Shown: positions 31,004 to 39,490 of the stretch, piece after piece
Layout of the letters: each line of letters opens with the position of its first letter
Position numbering within the stretch: the first letter of the stretch is position 1
Origin: an uncultured Gammaproteobacteria bacterium
GTDB lineage: Bacteria > Pseudomonadota > Gammaproteobacteria > DRLM01
Reading direction: 5' to 3'
Assembly: GCA_963729605.1 (NCBI GenBank)
Contig: CAVSNY010000003.1
Span: 418,018 to 482,017 of the forward strand
Length of the DNA stretch: 64,000 nucleotides
Notes under the pieces: generated by a model
The model's database searches: none
The model's input: only the letters and a program-made list of their open reading frames with translations
Told to the model about the DNA's origin: nothing
Translations under genes and position numbers: made by a program

Positions 31004-31292
31004 CTCCCCTCCTCTCCGAGGAGGATGCCTGCACCGCCACTGGCGTGGGTTATGCCGGACTCTCTCCCCTCCTCTCCGAGGAGGGGTGCCCCGCCGCACC
31101 ATGCATACCTACATCATCCGCAGGACTTTCTCCCCTCCTCTCCGAGGAGGGGTGCCCCCGTAGGGGGTGGGGTGGTGCGCTTCTCGCCCTCGCCGCTTTC
31201 ACCGCCTTTCACCCCGTCCGCTTTGCAAGCGCTTGGCAAAAAACCAAACCACCCCGGCCCTGCGGGCCACCCCTTCTTATGAAAGGAGGGGA
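31004..31292. repeat. Tandem palindromic REP-like repeats
   Basis: CTCCCCTCCTCTCCGAGGAGG at 31004, 31064 and 31130; third copy pairs with an inverted degenerate copy ending at 31292. Confidence 0.8.
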
Positions 31293-31400
31293 TAAGCTCA
31301 CGCAGATCCACCGGTTTGAGCGAGGCGGCCGTCTCGCTCAAACCCAGTGCGTCCCGTCAGAGGCGCGTCCCCCGCCAGAGCCGGGATTGACCTCGATCCA

Positions 31401-31817
31401 TCAAGGCGGCGTCTGCGGCTTGCCGGTGGCGAAGGCCAGGCGCTGCACGCCGCTGGAGCGCACCAGTCCCATGAGCTCCGCCACTTGGGCATACGGTAAT
31501 TGGGCATCCGCGTTGAGGCGGACCACCAAGGTGGGCTCGGCGGCGGCGCGGGTTTGCAAGCTTTGTTGCAAGGCCGCCGCGCTGATGAGATCGCCGTTCA
31601 ATGACATCTGTCCCGCGAGATTCAGTTCGACATCGACCACCTTGGGTTCCTGGCTGGGCGGCGCGCTCACCTTGGGCAAATCCACCCGCAGCGCCTGCGC
31701 GAACATCGGCGCGAGCAGGATGAAGATCACCAGCAGCACCAGCATCACGTCGACCAGCGGCGTGACATTGATCTCGGAGAGGGGTTGATCGGAATCGGAC
31801 ATTTGCACGCCGGCCAT
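31401..31817 (-). CDS. exbD: Biopolymer transport protein ExbD
   Basis: EINVTPLVDVMLVLLVIF, VDLP, AD..L.Y. Confidence 0.93.
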   Translation of the reverse strand: MAGVQMSDSDQPLSEINVTPLVDVMLVLLVIFILLAPMFAQALRVDLPKVSAPPSQEPKVVDVELNLAGQMSLNGDLISAAALQQSLQTRAAAEPTLVVRLNADAQLPYAQVAELMGLVRSSGVQRLAFATGKPQTPP

Positions 31818-31818
31818 G

Positions 31819-32481
31819 TCACGCCGCCTCCGCGAACAAATGCCGCGGTCCATCGATGGCGGCAAGATGAATGAAGTGGCGCAGATTGCGGTCAGTGAGC
31901 GCGGTCAGTTGCCTGAGCCGGCGCAGCAGCATGTTGTAGCCGACCACCGCCGGGATGGCGACGAACAGGCCCATCGCCGTCGCGACCAGCGCCTCCGCGA
32001 CCGGACCGGCTACCACCTCCATGCTGATGGTTTCCGCCGCGCCCAAACCTTGCAGCGCGTGCATGATGCCCCACACCGTTCCCAGCAGTCCGATGAAGGG
32101 CGCGGAATTGCCGATGGTGGCGAGCGTCGTGAGATAACTCTCCAGCTCGACCCGTTGACCGTGAGTAAGGCGTTCGGCGTGGTGCTCCAAATGATGGGCC
32201 TGCGCCTGAATGTCCGCGTCGCCGTGCCCGAGCGGCAGACGCCCCGCCTCTTGCAGGATGAGATAGGAAGGCGTATCCGCCACCACCCATTGCGTGATAT
32301 CGATGCAACTGCCGCGCGCGCGCAATTCAGCGACCACCCGCCGCTCCAGCCGTTCCAGCCGCCAGAACTGCATGACTTTGTAGATTATGAGGGTCCAGCT
32401 CACCAGCGACAGGACCACCAGCGTAATGAACACGCCACGCACCACGAAATCGGCGTCATGCCACCAGCTCATCATGCCCAT
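31819..32481 (-). CDS. exbB: ExbB (MotA/TolQ/ExbB proton channel)
   Basis: LATIGNSAPFIGLLGTVWGI, AEALVATAMGLFVAIPA. Confidence 0.93.
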   Translation of the reverse strand: MGMMSWWHDADFVVRGVFITLVVLSLVSWTLIIYKVMQFWRLERLERRVVAELRARGSCIDITQWVVADTPSYLILQEAGRLPLGHGDADIQAQAHHLEHHAERLTHGQRVELESYLTTLATIGNSAPFIGLLGTVWGIMHALQGLGAAETISMEVVAGPVAEALVATAMGLFVAIPAVVGYNMLLRRLRQLTALTDRNLRHFIHLAAIDGPRHLFAEAA

Positions 32482-32517
32482 TGGAATCTCCTCATGGTTT
32501 ACCTCAACTCATTGCAT

Positions 32518-33195
32518 CTACTTCAGGGCAAAACGCAGTGGCACCTCGACGTCGGCGGCCACCGGATGACCGGCGCGCCGCGCGGGCTCGAACTGCCAGC
32601 CGCGCACCGACCGCATCGCGGTCTCATCCAAACTGCCATGCCCCGAACTGCGTTTTACTTCCACTTTCACCGGTCTGCCGTTGGCGTTCAGCGAGACCGC
32701 CAGTACTACCACCCCTTCCAAACCGCGCCGTTTCGCCACCAGCGGATAGGGCGGGAGCGGATTATTGCGATAGGCCGCGCTCACGTCGGGTGGCACGTAA
32801 TCGTCCACGACGATCTTAGGCGGCGCCTCCACCACGACCGGCGGGGGCGGCGGAGCGGGCGGCGGTTCTTCCACGGCGGGCGCGACATCGAAGGTGGCCG
32901 GCAACTCACTGGGGGCCTCGGAAGTCAGCACCGGCGGCACCACGGGCACAGGCTCGGGGGGCGGCGGCTCCACGGGGGGCGGCGGCTCCACTTTCGGCGG
33001 CTCGACGGGGGGCGGAACCGGTATTTCTTCTACTAATTCAACTATTTCAAATGGCGATTCATCCGGTGGCACGGCCGGGACCGACGCTAACATAAGCGCC
33101 CCCGCGACGATTGCCGCATGCATCGTTACAGCGACAACGAATGCCCCCGCCGCGCGCGTTTTATCATGCCGCACCACCATCACTTGAAAGTACAC
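32518..33195 (-). CDS. tonB: Energy transducer TonB
   Basis: N-terminal TM with His, Pro/Glu-rich linker, P.YP..A…G.EG.V, SSG..LD. Confidence 0.92.
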   Translation of the reverse strand: MYFQVMVVRHDKTRAAGAFVVAVTMHAAIVAGALMLASVPAVPPDESPFEIVELVEEIPVPPPVEPPKVEPPPPVEPPPPEPVPVVPPVLTSEAPSELPATFDVAPAVEEPPPAPPPPPVVVEAPPKIVVDDYVPPDVSAAYRNNPLPPYPLVAKRRGLEGVVVLAVSLNANGRPVKVEVKRSSGHGSLDETAMRSVRGWQFEPARRAGHPVAADVEVPLRFALK

Positions 33196-33436
33196 CTAAC
33201 CATTTAATAATACTTTTCCAGTGTTTGTAACACTAAACTCGAATTCGTGCAATAGCACATTTTTAAAAAATTTCCATACTCGCGCGCTCTTTTTTAAGTT
33301 TCCCAACAAAATCAGGGGACCGAAACGCCGAGATTTTCGCCGAAGAGTCGAGGCAAGCATCAAATACCAAGTTGAATAAGATTTAAGCGATGGGCCAAAT
33401 CAGCAAATAGTGTTTCGGCACGCGATCAATTTTGCG

Positions 33437-33634
33437 TCAGCGGTTCGATACAACGTCAGCCCGCCGCCCTCGCCAGACGCCATAACGCCACTGGTACGCG
33501 CCGTAAAAACCCCACAGCAGCGCCAGACACAACAACAGAAATCCCAGCCACTGGACCTCGCCGTTGCCGGATGTGGAGGCGGTGATGGAAGTGCGCGGCA
33601 CGCCCTTGCTTACAGGCCGTCCCATGCCGGTCAC
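33437..33634 (-). CDS. Small single-TM protein at the end of the ABC operon
   Basis: GTG start overlaps the upstream TGA (GTGA); TM WLGFLLLCLALLWGFYGAY. Confidence 0.5.
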   Translation of the reverse strand: MTGMGRPVSKGVPRTSITASTSGNGEVQWLGFLLLCLALLWGFYGAYQWRYGVWRGRRADVVSNR

Positions 33635-34587
33635 AGAGGATAATGACAGGCGACCCGGTGTCCGGGGACGGTTTCTCGCAACAGCGGCGTTTCCCGCCGG
33701 CAGCGGGTCTGCACCAGCGGACAGCGGTCTTGGAACACGCAGCCCACGGTGGGCGATACGGCGGCGGCGGTCTCCAATTCCGGAAAATCACCGCCTTCGA
33801 CGAAATAGGCCGCGGCGGCGGTGAGGCTGCGGGTATAGGGATGGGCGCTGTGCCGCAACACGTGCAAACGTTCGCCGTCCTCCACCATTCGGCCGCGCAA
33901 CATGACCGCGACCCGCGTGCACAAATGATTGACGACGGCGAGGTCGTGGGAGATGAACAAATAAGCGAGCCCGTATTCTTGCTGTAAATCGCGCAGCAAA
34001 TTGAGTATCTGCGCCTGAATGGATTTATCCAGGGCGGAGACCGGCTCGTCGCACACCAACAGTTTGGGACGCAGCGCGAGGGCGCGCGCGATGCATACCC
34101 GCTGGCGTTCGCCGCCGCTGAGCTGATGGGGATAGGCGTCGATCAGCCGCGCCGGCAGACCGACGTCGCGCAGCAGCGCGGCGACCTGTTCCCGGCGCTC
34201 GGCCGGCGTGCCCACTTTGAAATTCGCCAGCGGTTCGGCCACCGCCTCGGCAATACTCATGAGCGGATTCAAAGCGCCGTAAGGATCTTGAAACACGATT
34301 TGCACTTCGCGGCGCAAGGCGCGCAGAACGCGCGGCCGTAATCGGCCTACGTCGGCGCCGTTGATGTTGACCGAGCCGTCATCGGGCCGCTCCAAGGCCA
34401 GCGCCAAGCGGGCCAAGGTGCTTTTCCCCGATCCGCTCTCGCCCACCAGTCCATAGACATCGCCGGCATGCACGCTGAGACTGACGTGCCGCAAGGCGTG
34501 CACCGGGTGCCGGTCCTCCCGCCACCAACTGCCCAGGGTGCGATAACGTTTGCTGACATCGCGCAATTCGAGTAGAGGCGCCTGCAT
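33631..34587 (-). CDS. Peptide/nickel ABC transporter ATP-binding protein (DppF/NikE-like)
   Basis: GESGSGKST, LSGGERQR, HPYT, C.F..RC, VACH. Confidence 0.93.
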   Translation of the reverse strand: MQAPLLELRDVSKRYRTLGSWWREDRHPVHALRHVSLSVHAGDVYGLVGESGSGKSTLARLALALERPDDGSVNINGADVGRLRPRVLRALRREVQIVFQDPYGALNPLMSIAEAVAEPLANFKVGTPAERREQVAALLRDVGLPARLIDAYPHQLSGGERQRVCIARALALRPKLLVCDEPVSALDKSIQAQILNLLRDLQQEYGLAYLFISHDLAVVNHLCTRVAVMLRGRMVEDGERLHVLRHSAHPYTRSLTAAAAYFVEGGDFPELETAAAVSPTVGCVFQDRCPLVQTRCRRETPLLRETVPGHRVACHYPL

Positions 34588-35603
34588 TATTTTATCTCCA
34601 CTGACGCGGAAGCCTGAGCAAGGTCAGGCGCCCCGGCCATCGACCACCAGCACGCCACCTCATGGCGGGTACCCGCGTTTTCGAGCGGCGGCGCTTGGCG
34701 GCGGCAACGTTCGTCGGCCGCCGCGCAGCGCGGGGCGAAGGCGCAACCCGCCGGCAAGGCGGTCATGTCCGGCGCGTGGCCGGTCAGGCTGGGAATGGGA
34801 CGCGGTTCCGCCTCCAGCCGCGGCAACGACGCCAGCAGACCGCGGGTATAAGGATGCCGCGGCGACCGCAGCACCTGCTCAGTGGGGCCGCTTTCCACCA
34901 CGCGGCCCGCGTACATGATGACCACGCGGTCCGCCAGCCGGCCGATCAATCCCAGATCGTGGCTGATGATGAGCATGGTGAGCTGCAAACGCCGGCGCAG
35001 TTCGCCGAATAAACGCGTCATCTCCGCCTGCGCCAGCAAATCGAGCGAGGCGGTGGGTTCGTCGGCGAGCAGCAGCGCCGGTTCCAGCGACAGGGCCAGC
35101 GCCAGCGCGGCGCGCTGGCACATGCCGCCGCTCAGTTCGAAGGGATAGCTGTCCAGAATCTCCCGTGGACGCGGCATGCCGACCATGGTCAAGGCCTGTT
35201 GCGCCGCGTCGCGCGCCGCGGCGGCGCTCAGCAAACGATGAGTGCGCAATGCCTGGGTGATTTGCCGGCCGATGGTGGCGTTGGGGCTGAACGACGCCTC
35301 CGGCGATTGAAAGATCATGCCGATGCGCCGGCCGCGCACCGCGCGCCACTGCCGTTCGTTCAAGCCGCGCAAGTCGCGGCCCTCGAAGTCGATGACGCCT
35401 TCCGCGACGCGCCCCGGCGGATCGAGCAGCCCCATCAACGACAGCGCCAGGGTACTTTTACCCGAACCGCTCTCGCCCACTACACCCACCACTTCACCGG
35501 CGCGTACTTCGAGGGTCACGCCGTCCACCGCGCGCACCACGCCTTGCGCCGCGTGATAGTGGCTCTTGAGTCCGCGCACCGATAACAAGGCCGCGCCCGC
35601 CAT
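34587..35603 (-). CDS. Peptide/nickel ABC transporter ATP-binding protein (DppD/NikD-like; start MAGAA)
   Basis: GESGSGKST, LSGGMCQR, HPYTRGLL, GCAFAPRC. Confidence 0.93.
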   Translation of the reverse strand: MAGAALLSVRGLKSHYHAAQGVVRAVDGVTLEVRAGEVVGVVGESGSGKSTLALSLMGLLDPPGRVAEGVIDFEGRDLRGLNERQWRAVRGRRIGMIFQSPEASFSPNATIGRQITQALRTHRLLSAAAARDAAQQALTMVGMPRPREILDSYPFELSGGMCQRAALALALSLEPALLLADEPTASLDLLAQAEMTRLFGELRRRLQLTMLIISHDLGLIGRLADRVVIMYAGRVVESGPTEQVLRSPRHPYTRGLLASLPRLEAEPRPIPSLTGHAPDMTALPAGCAFAPRCAAADERCRRQAPPLENAGTRHEVACWWSMAGAPDLAQASASVEIK

Positions 35604-36493
35604 CAATAACCGTCCCGCTGTTTGGGATTGACGATGTCGCGCAGACCGTCGCCGATCAAGTTGATGCACAAGACGGTGAGCACGATCATCAGACCCGGAA
35701 ACACCACCGGCCACCACGCGCCGCTCAGCACCGCGCTCATGCCGTTGCCCAGCAGATTGCCCCAGCTCGGCAAGGTGCTGGGCACGCCCAGATTGAGAAA
35801 ACTCAAGGTGGATTCAAGCAAGATGGCTTGCCCCACGCCCACCGTGATCACCACCACCAGCGTACCGAAGGCGTTGGGCAATAAATGTCGGAACACCAAA
35901 GCCAAGGACGAGGTCCCGGCGGCGACGGCGGCCTGCACGAAACCGGTTTGCAATAAGCGGCGGCATTCGGTGCGCATCATGCGCGCGGTGCCCATCCAAC
36001 TGGCGAGACCGATCACCAGGATCACTTTAAACAGACTGGATTCGCCGAAGGCCTGCGAGACGATCACCAACAGCAGGATCGGAATCGCCAGCATCGCGTC
36101 GAGGATCTGCATCATGACACGGTCCAGCCAGCCGGGGGCCATCGCGCTCACCACGCCGTAGGTCACGCCGATCAAGGTCGCCAGCACCGTCGCGAGCAGG
36201 CCCACCCACAAGGAGACGCGCCCGCCCTCCATCACCCGCAAGGCGAGGTCGCGGCCGAGTTGGTCGGTGCCCAGCCAGTGTTCCATGGAAGGCGGCGCGT
36301 ACATCTGCGCCAAGTCGACGCGCGCGCCGCCGCTCAACCACAGCGGCCCCAGCAAGGCCGCGAGCGCGATCACCGCCAGCCCGACCAAACCGCCGCGCGC
36401 CAGGCGATGCGCGGCGAAGGCCCGCAGCAAACCCTTGCCTTTGAGCACCGGCGCGGCGGCGGGCAATTCCAATGACAACTCAGACGCCGACAT
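35603..36493 (-). CDS. Peptide/nickel ABC permease (DppC/NikC-like)
   Basis: HWLGTDQLGRD, RHLLPN, ESTLSFL, PSWG. Confidence 0.93.
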   Translation of the reverse strand: MSASELSLELPAAAPVLKGKGLLRAFAAHRLARGGLVGLAVIALAALLGPLWLSGGARVDLAQMYAPPSMEHWLGTDQLGRDLALRVMEGGRVSLWVGLLATVLATLIGVTYGVVSAMAPGWLDRVMMQILDAMLAIPILLLVIVSQAFGESSLFKVILVIGLASWMGTARMMRTECRRLLQTGFVQAAVAAGTSSLALVFRHLLPNAFGTLVVVITVGVGQAILLESTLSFLNLGVPSTLPSWGNLLGNGMSAVLSGAWWPVVFPGLMIVLTVLCINLIGDGLRDIVNPKQRDGY

Positions 36494-37448
36494 AACTCCT
36501 CCGCAATTTGGGATTGAGCCAGGCCACCGCCATGTCCGCCAGCAGATTGCCGATGATCACCAGCACGCCGGTCACCAGCACCGCCGCCATCAGCAGGTTG
36601 TAATCCCGCGAGATCGCCGCCTGCAAAAACAGCCGGCCGATGCCGGGCCAGCCGAACACCCACTCGACGATGAAGGTGCCGCCGACCAATAACGGAAAGG
36701 TCAAACCCATCCAGGTGATGAACGGTGTGAGCGCATTGGGCAGCAGATAACGCCATACCAGCGTGGTGCGCGACAGGCCGCGAGCGCGCGCCGATTTATA
36801 AAATTCCATGCCCAGGATGTCGCGCACGCTGCCGCGCACCAGACGGATATACGGTCCCACGTGGGTGAGCACGATGCAGGTCACCGGCAAGATGAGATGG
36901 CTCAGATAATCGGCGAGATCGTTGTCGCGGCCCAGTGACGATTGTCCGGCCGACGGCAGCAGATCGAACGTCACCGAAAACACCAAGATCAATATCAGCC
37001 CCAGCCAGAAGGCCGGGGTGGCGAAGCTCACCAGCGCGAGGCCGCTTACCGCGTAATCGATCTTGGTGTGGGCGCGGGTGCCGGCCCAATACCCCGCCGC
37101 GACCGCCAACACCAGCAGCACCAACCACGATACGCCCGCCAACACCAGGGTCGCCCGCAGACCGTCCCAGAGAATCACGCTGATCTCGCGGCCGTCTTTC
37201 AAGGAATGACCCCAGTCGCCTTGCAGCAGATTGCCCAGCCACGCGCCGTATTGCACCAGCAGCGGCCGGTCCAGGCCCAGATTGTGCGCGACCCGCTGAA
37301 AATCGGCATCGGTCATGAATTCGCGTCCCCCCACCAGGCTGGCGATGGGGCTGCCGGGGGCGGCTTTCATGATGAGGAAGGCCAGCAGGCTGATCAACAG
37401 CAACTGCGGCAACATTCCCGCCACGCGGCGCAGGGCATAACGCCACAT
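36480..37448 (-). CDS. Peptide/nickel ABC permease (DppB/NikB-like)
   Basis: LGLDRP…QY..W, GDWG.S, ARARGL, FGWPGIG. Confidence 0.93.
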   Translation of the reverse strand: MWRYALRRVAGMLPQLLLISLLAFLIMKAAPGSPIASLVGGREFMTDADFQRVAHNLGLDRPLLVQYGAWLGNLLQGDWGHSLKDGREISVILWDGLRATLVLAGVSWLVLLVLAVAAGYWAGTRAHTKIDYAVSGLALVSFATPAFWLGLILILVFSVTFDLLPSAGQSSLGRDNDLADYLSHLILPVTCIVLTHVGPYIRLVRGSVRDILGMEFYKSARARGLSRTTLVWRYLLPNALTPFITWMGLTFPLLVGGTFIVEWVFGWPGIGRLFLQAAISRDYNLLMAAVLVTGVLVIIGNLLADMAVAWLNPKLRRSYVGV

Positions 37449-37449
37449 G

Positions 37450-39126
37450 TCAGCGCTTGCCCGCCACGTCCCACTCCTCGATATTCCACAAGGGCGAGGT
37501 GCCGTGGCCGAAGATGCGGTGTTTGAAGCCGGTCACGCCTTCCCGCACACCGTAGACATGTTTGAGATAAACCAGGTAATTGTAGGGCGGATCTTCGGTG
37601 AGCACCCGCTGCAATTCCTGATAGATGGCTTTGCGTGCGGCGGGGTCCATGGTGGTACGGCCGCGCTCGAGCAACTCATCGACCCGCGGGTTGCGATAAC
37701 CGCTGTAGTTGGTGCCCTCTTCTCCCAAACCGCTGGTGAAAGCCATATAAACATCGTCGTCGGGTTCGTCGGGGATGCCGCCGCCCAAAATCAGCGCCGT
37801 GGTCTTGGGAATGGAAATCACCGCCCAGTCCTTGACCTGCACTTGCGCATCGATGCCCACCCGGCGCAATTGCTCCGCCAACACCACCGCCAAATCCTGG
37901 CGCACCGGATCGTTGGCGGCGGCGGTGAGCGGAAATGACAGGCGTTTGCCGGCCTTGACCATGATGCCGTCATCGCCGCGCCGCCAGCCCGCCTCGGTCA
38001 ACAAGGCCTCGGCCTTGGCCGGATCGTTGTCGTGGCGCAGCGGTTCCGGCGCGGTGACCCAATTGAATTGCAGCGGACCGTAGGCGGGATTGCCGTAACC
38101 GATCAACGCGCCCTGCACCAGCGCCTGCCGATCGGTGGCGTATTGGATGGCCTGCCGCAGCCGCACATCCTGGAACAGCGGTTCGCGCAGATTGAACATC
38201 ATCACCCGGAAATCGGCGGTGTCCACGGTCTCGAGCTTGATTTGGTCGCCGGGCTTGATCGCGTTCACCTGTTTGGGGGTCAACATCGCCACGTCCACTT
38301 CGCCCTTCTTGAGCTGCACCAGCCGCACATTGGGATCGGGCAGGAATTTGTAAATGACCTGATCGAGTTTGGGCCGCCCGTCGTAATAATCCGGATTGGC
38401 CTCTAGCACCAGATATTCGCCGCGTTTCCATTCTTTGAATTTGAAGGGGCCGGTGCCGACCGGGCGGGCGCTGTTGAACTCGTCGGTGTTGAAGTCCTTG
38501 CCGGCCAGCGCATGTTGAGGAATCAATCCGATCTTAAGTTTGCTTAGCAGCGACGCCAGCGGTTTGTCCAAAGTGATCCTTACGGTCTCCGGATCGACCA
38601 CCTCCACCTTGCTGAGGGCCAGCAGCTGCTTGCGGAGACCGCTGTGATTCTTGGGATTCTGGATGGTCTCGATGGTGAATTTGACGTCCTCGGCGGTGAA
38701 CGGCTGACCGTCATGCCATTTGATGCCGGGGCGCAGGAAAATCGTGTAGACCTTGCCGTCGGGCGTGACTTGCCAGTCGCGCGCCATGTCGGTCACCAAT
38801 TCATTTTTGGCGTTGATCTTGAACAAACCCCGGTACATCGCGGTGTCCGAATCGGCGTGCTGATGACCGGCCACCGGATTGAGCCACTCGGGTTCGCTGG
38901 CGCGCGCCACCACCAGGATTTTCGGACCCGTCGCGGTGGCCGCGACGGGAGCCGCGGTCTCGGGCGGAGTGGCCGGTTCGCTGCAAGCGCCGACCATACC
39001 CAGCAGGGAAATCATCAGCCATGGCCTGAGCCGCGCTCGCTGCGCGCGCGCGATACGCCGCATGACCGCCAACATCCTAAAACCGGCCGCTGACGGGCTT
39101 TTTGTATTCGTAACGCTGAATTTCAT
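37450..39126 (-). CDS. ABC substrate-binding lipoprotein, family 5 (NikA/DppA/AppA)
   Basis: Lipobox VGAC, WHDGQPFTAEDV.FT, PVGTGPF, NPDYY; GHQH near N-terminus; start may lie downstream. Confidence 0.92.
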   Translation of the reverse strand: MKFSVTNTKSPSAAGFRMLAVMRRIARAQRARLRPWLMISLLGMVGACSEPATPPETAAPVAATATGPKILVVARASEPEWLNPVAGHQHADSDTAMYRGLFKINAKNELVTDMARDWQVTPDGKVYTIFLRPGIKWHDGQPFTAEDVKFTIETIQNPKNHSGLRKQLLALSKVEVVDPETVRITLDKPLASLLSKLKIGLIPQHALAGKDFNTDEFNSARPVGTGPFKFKEWKRGEYLVLEANPDYYDGRPKLDQVIYKFLPDPNVRLVQLKKGEVDVAMLTPKQVNAIKPGDQIKLETVDTADFRVMMFNLREPLFQDVRLRQAIQYATDRQALVQGALIGYGNPAYGPLQFNWVTAPEPLRHDNDPAKAEALLTEAGWRRGDDGIMVKAGKRLSFPLTAAANDPVRQDLAVVLAEQLRRVGIDAQVQVKDWAVISIPKTTALILGGGIPDEPDDDVYMAFTSGLGEEGTNYSGYRNPRVDELLERGRTTMDPAARKAIYQELQRVLTEDPPYNYLVYLKHVYGVREGVTGFKHRIFGHGTSPLWNIEEWDVAGKR

Positions 39127-39154
39127 CGAGGCCTCGATAACGCTCCACTTAAGG

Positions 39155-39191
39155 GTGCCACTAAAATAGTTTTTATAGCACGGCCTGTCAA
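39155..39191 (-). promoter_or_regulatory. Sigma-70 promoter with overlapping NikR-like palindrome
   Basis: TTGACA-N17-TATTTT on the minus strand; GTGCCA-N15-TAGCAC at 39155-39181. Confidence 0.6.
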
Positions 39192-39385
39192 GGTCAACTT
39201 CGATTGTGTAGCGGACGGCTCACCGTCTATTCAAACGAGATCAGGTCGCATTGATGCACCCGCGGCTCCTAACCGGGACGCTCCCATTCCAGTCAAGGTT
39301 CGCGGGGTTCCAGCCTCCCGCAGTTGGATGAAAATCGGTAGCGGAAGCAATTCTTCATTTTCGATGGTGTTAACCCTTGAAAATG

Positions 39386-39418
39386 AAGGGCGGCGAAAAT
39401 CACACTTTCGCCGCCCTT
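39386..39418 (-). terminator. Intrinsic terminator after TBDR
   Basis: AAGGGCGGCGAAA…TTTCGCCGCCCTT stem followed by a T-rich tail on the minus strand. Confidence 0.7.
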
Positions 39419-39490
39419 GCCCTGAAAATTCCAGGATGAATTATTCAGCGCCTACTTAACATTGCCCACACGGTTCGCAAGCTTCGCGTC

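Noticed and set aside
31004-31160. CRISPR array
   Set aside because: Only three copies, no cas genes or AT-rich leader, and the repeat belongs to a palindrome family also found at 53361
30862-31788. 308-aa ORF with PLLSEEG repeats
   Set aside because: Translation of the DNA repeats plus the antisense of exbD
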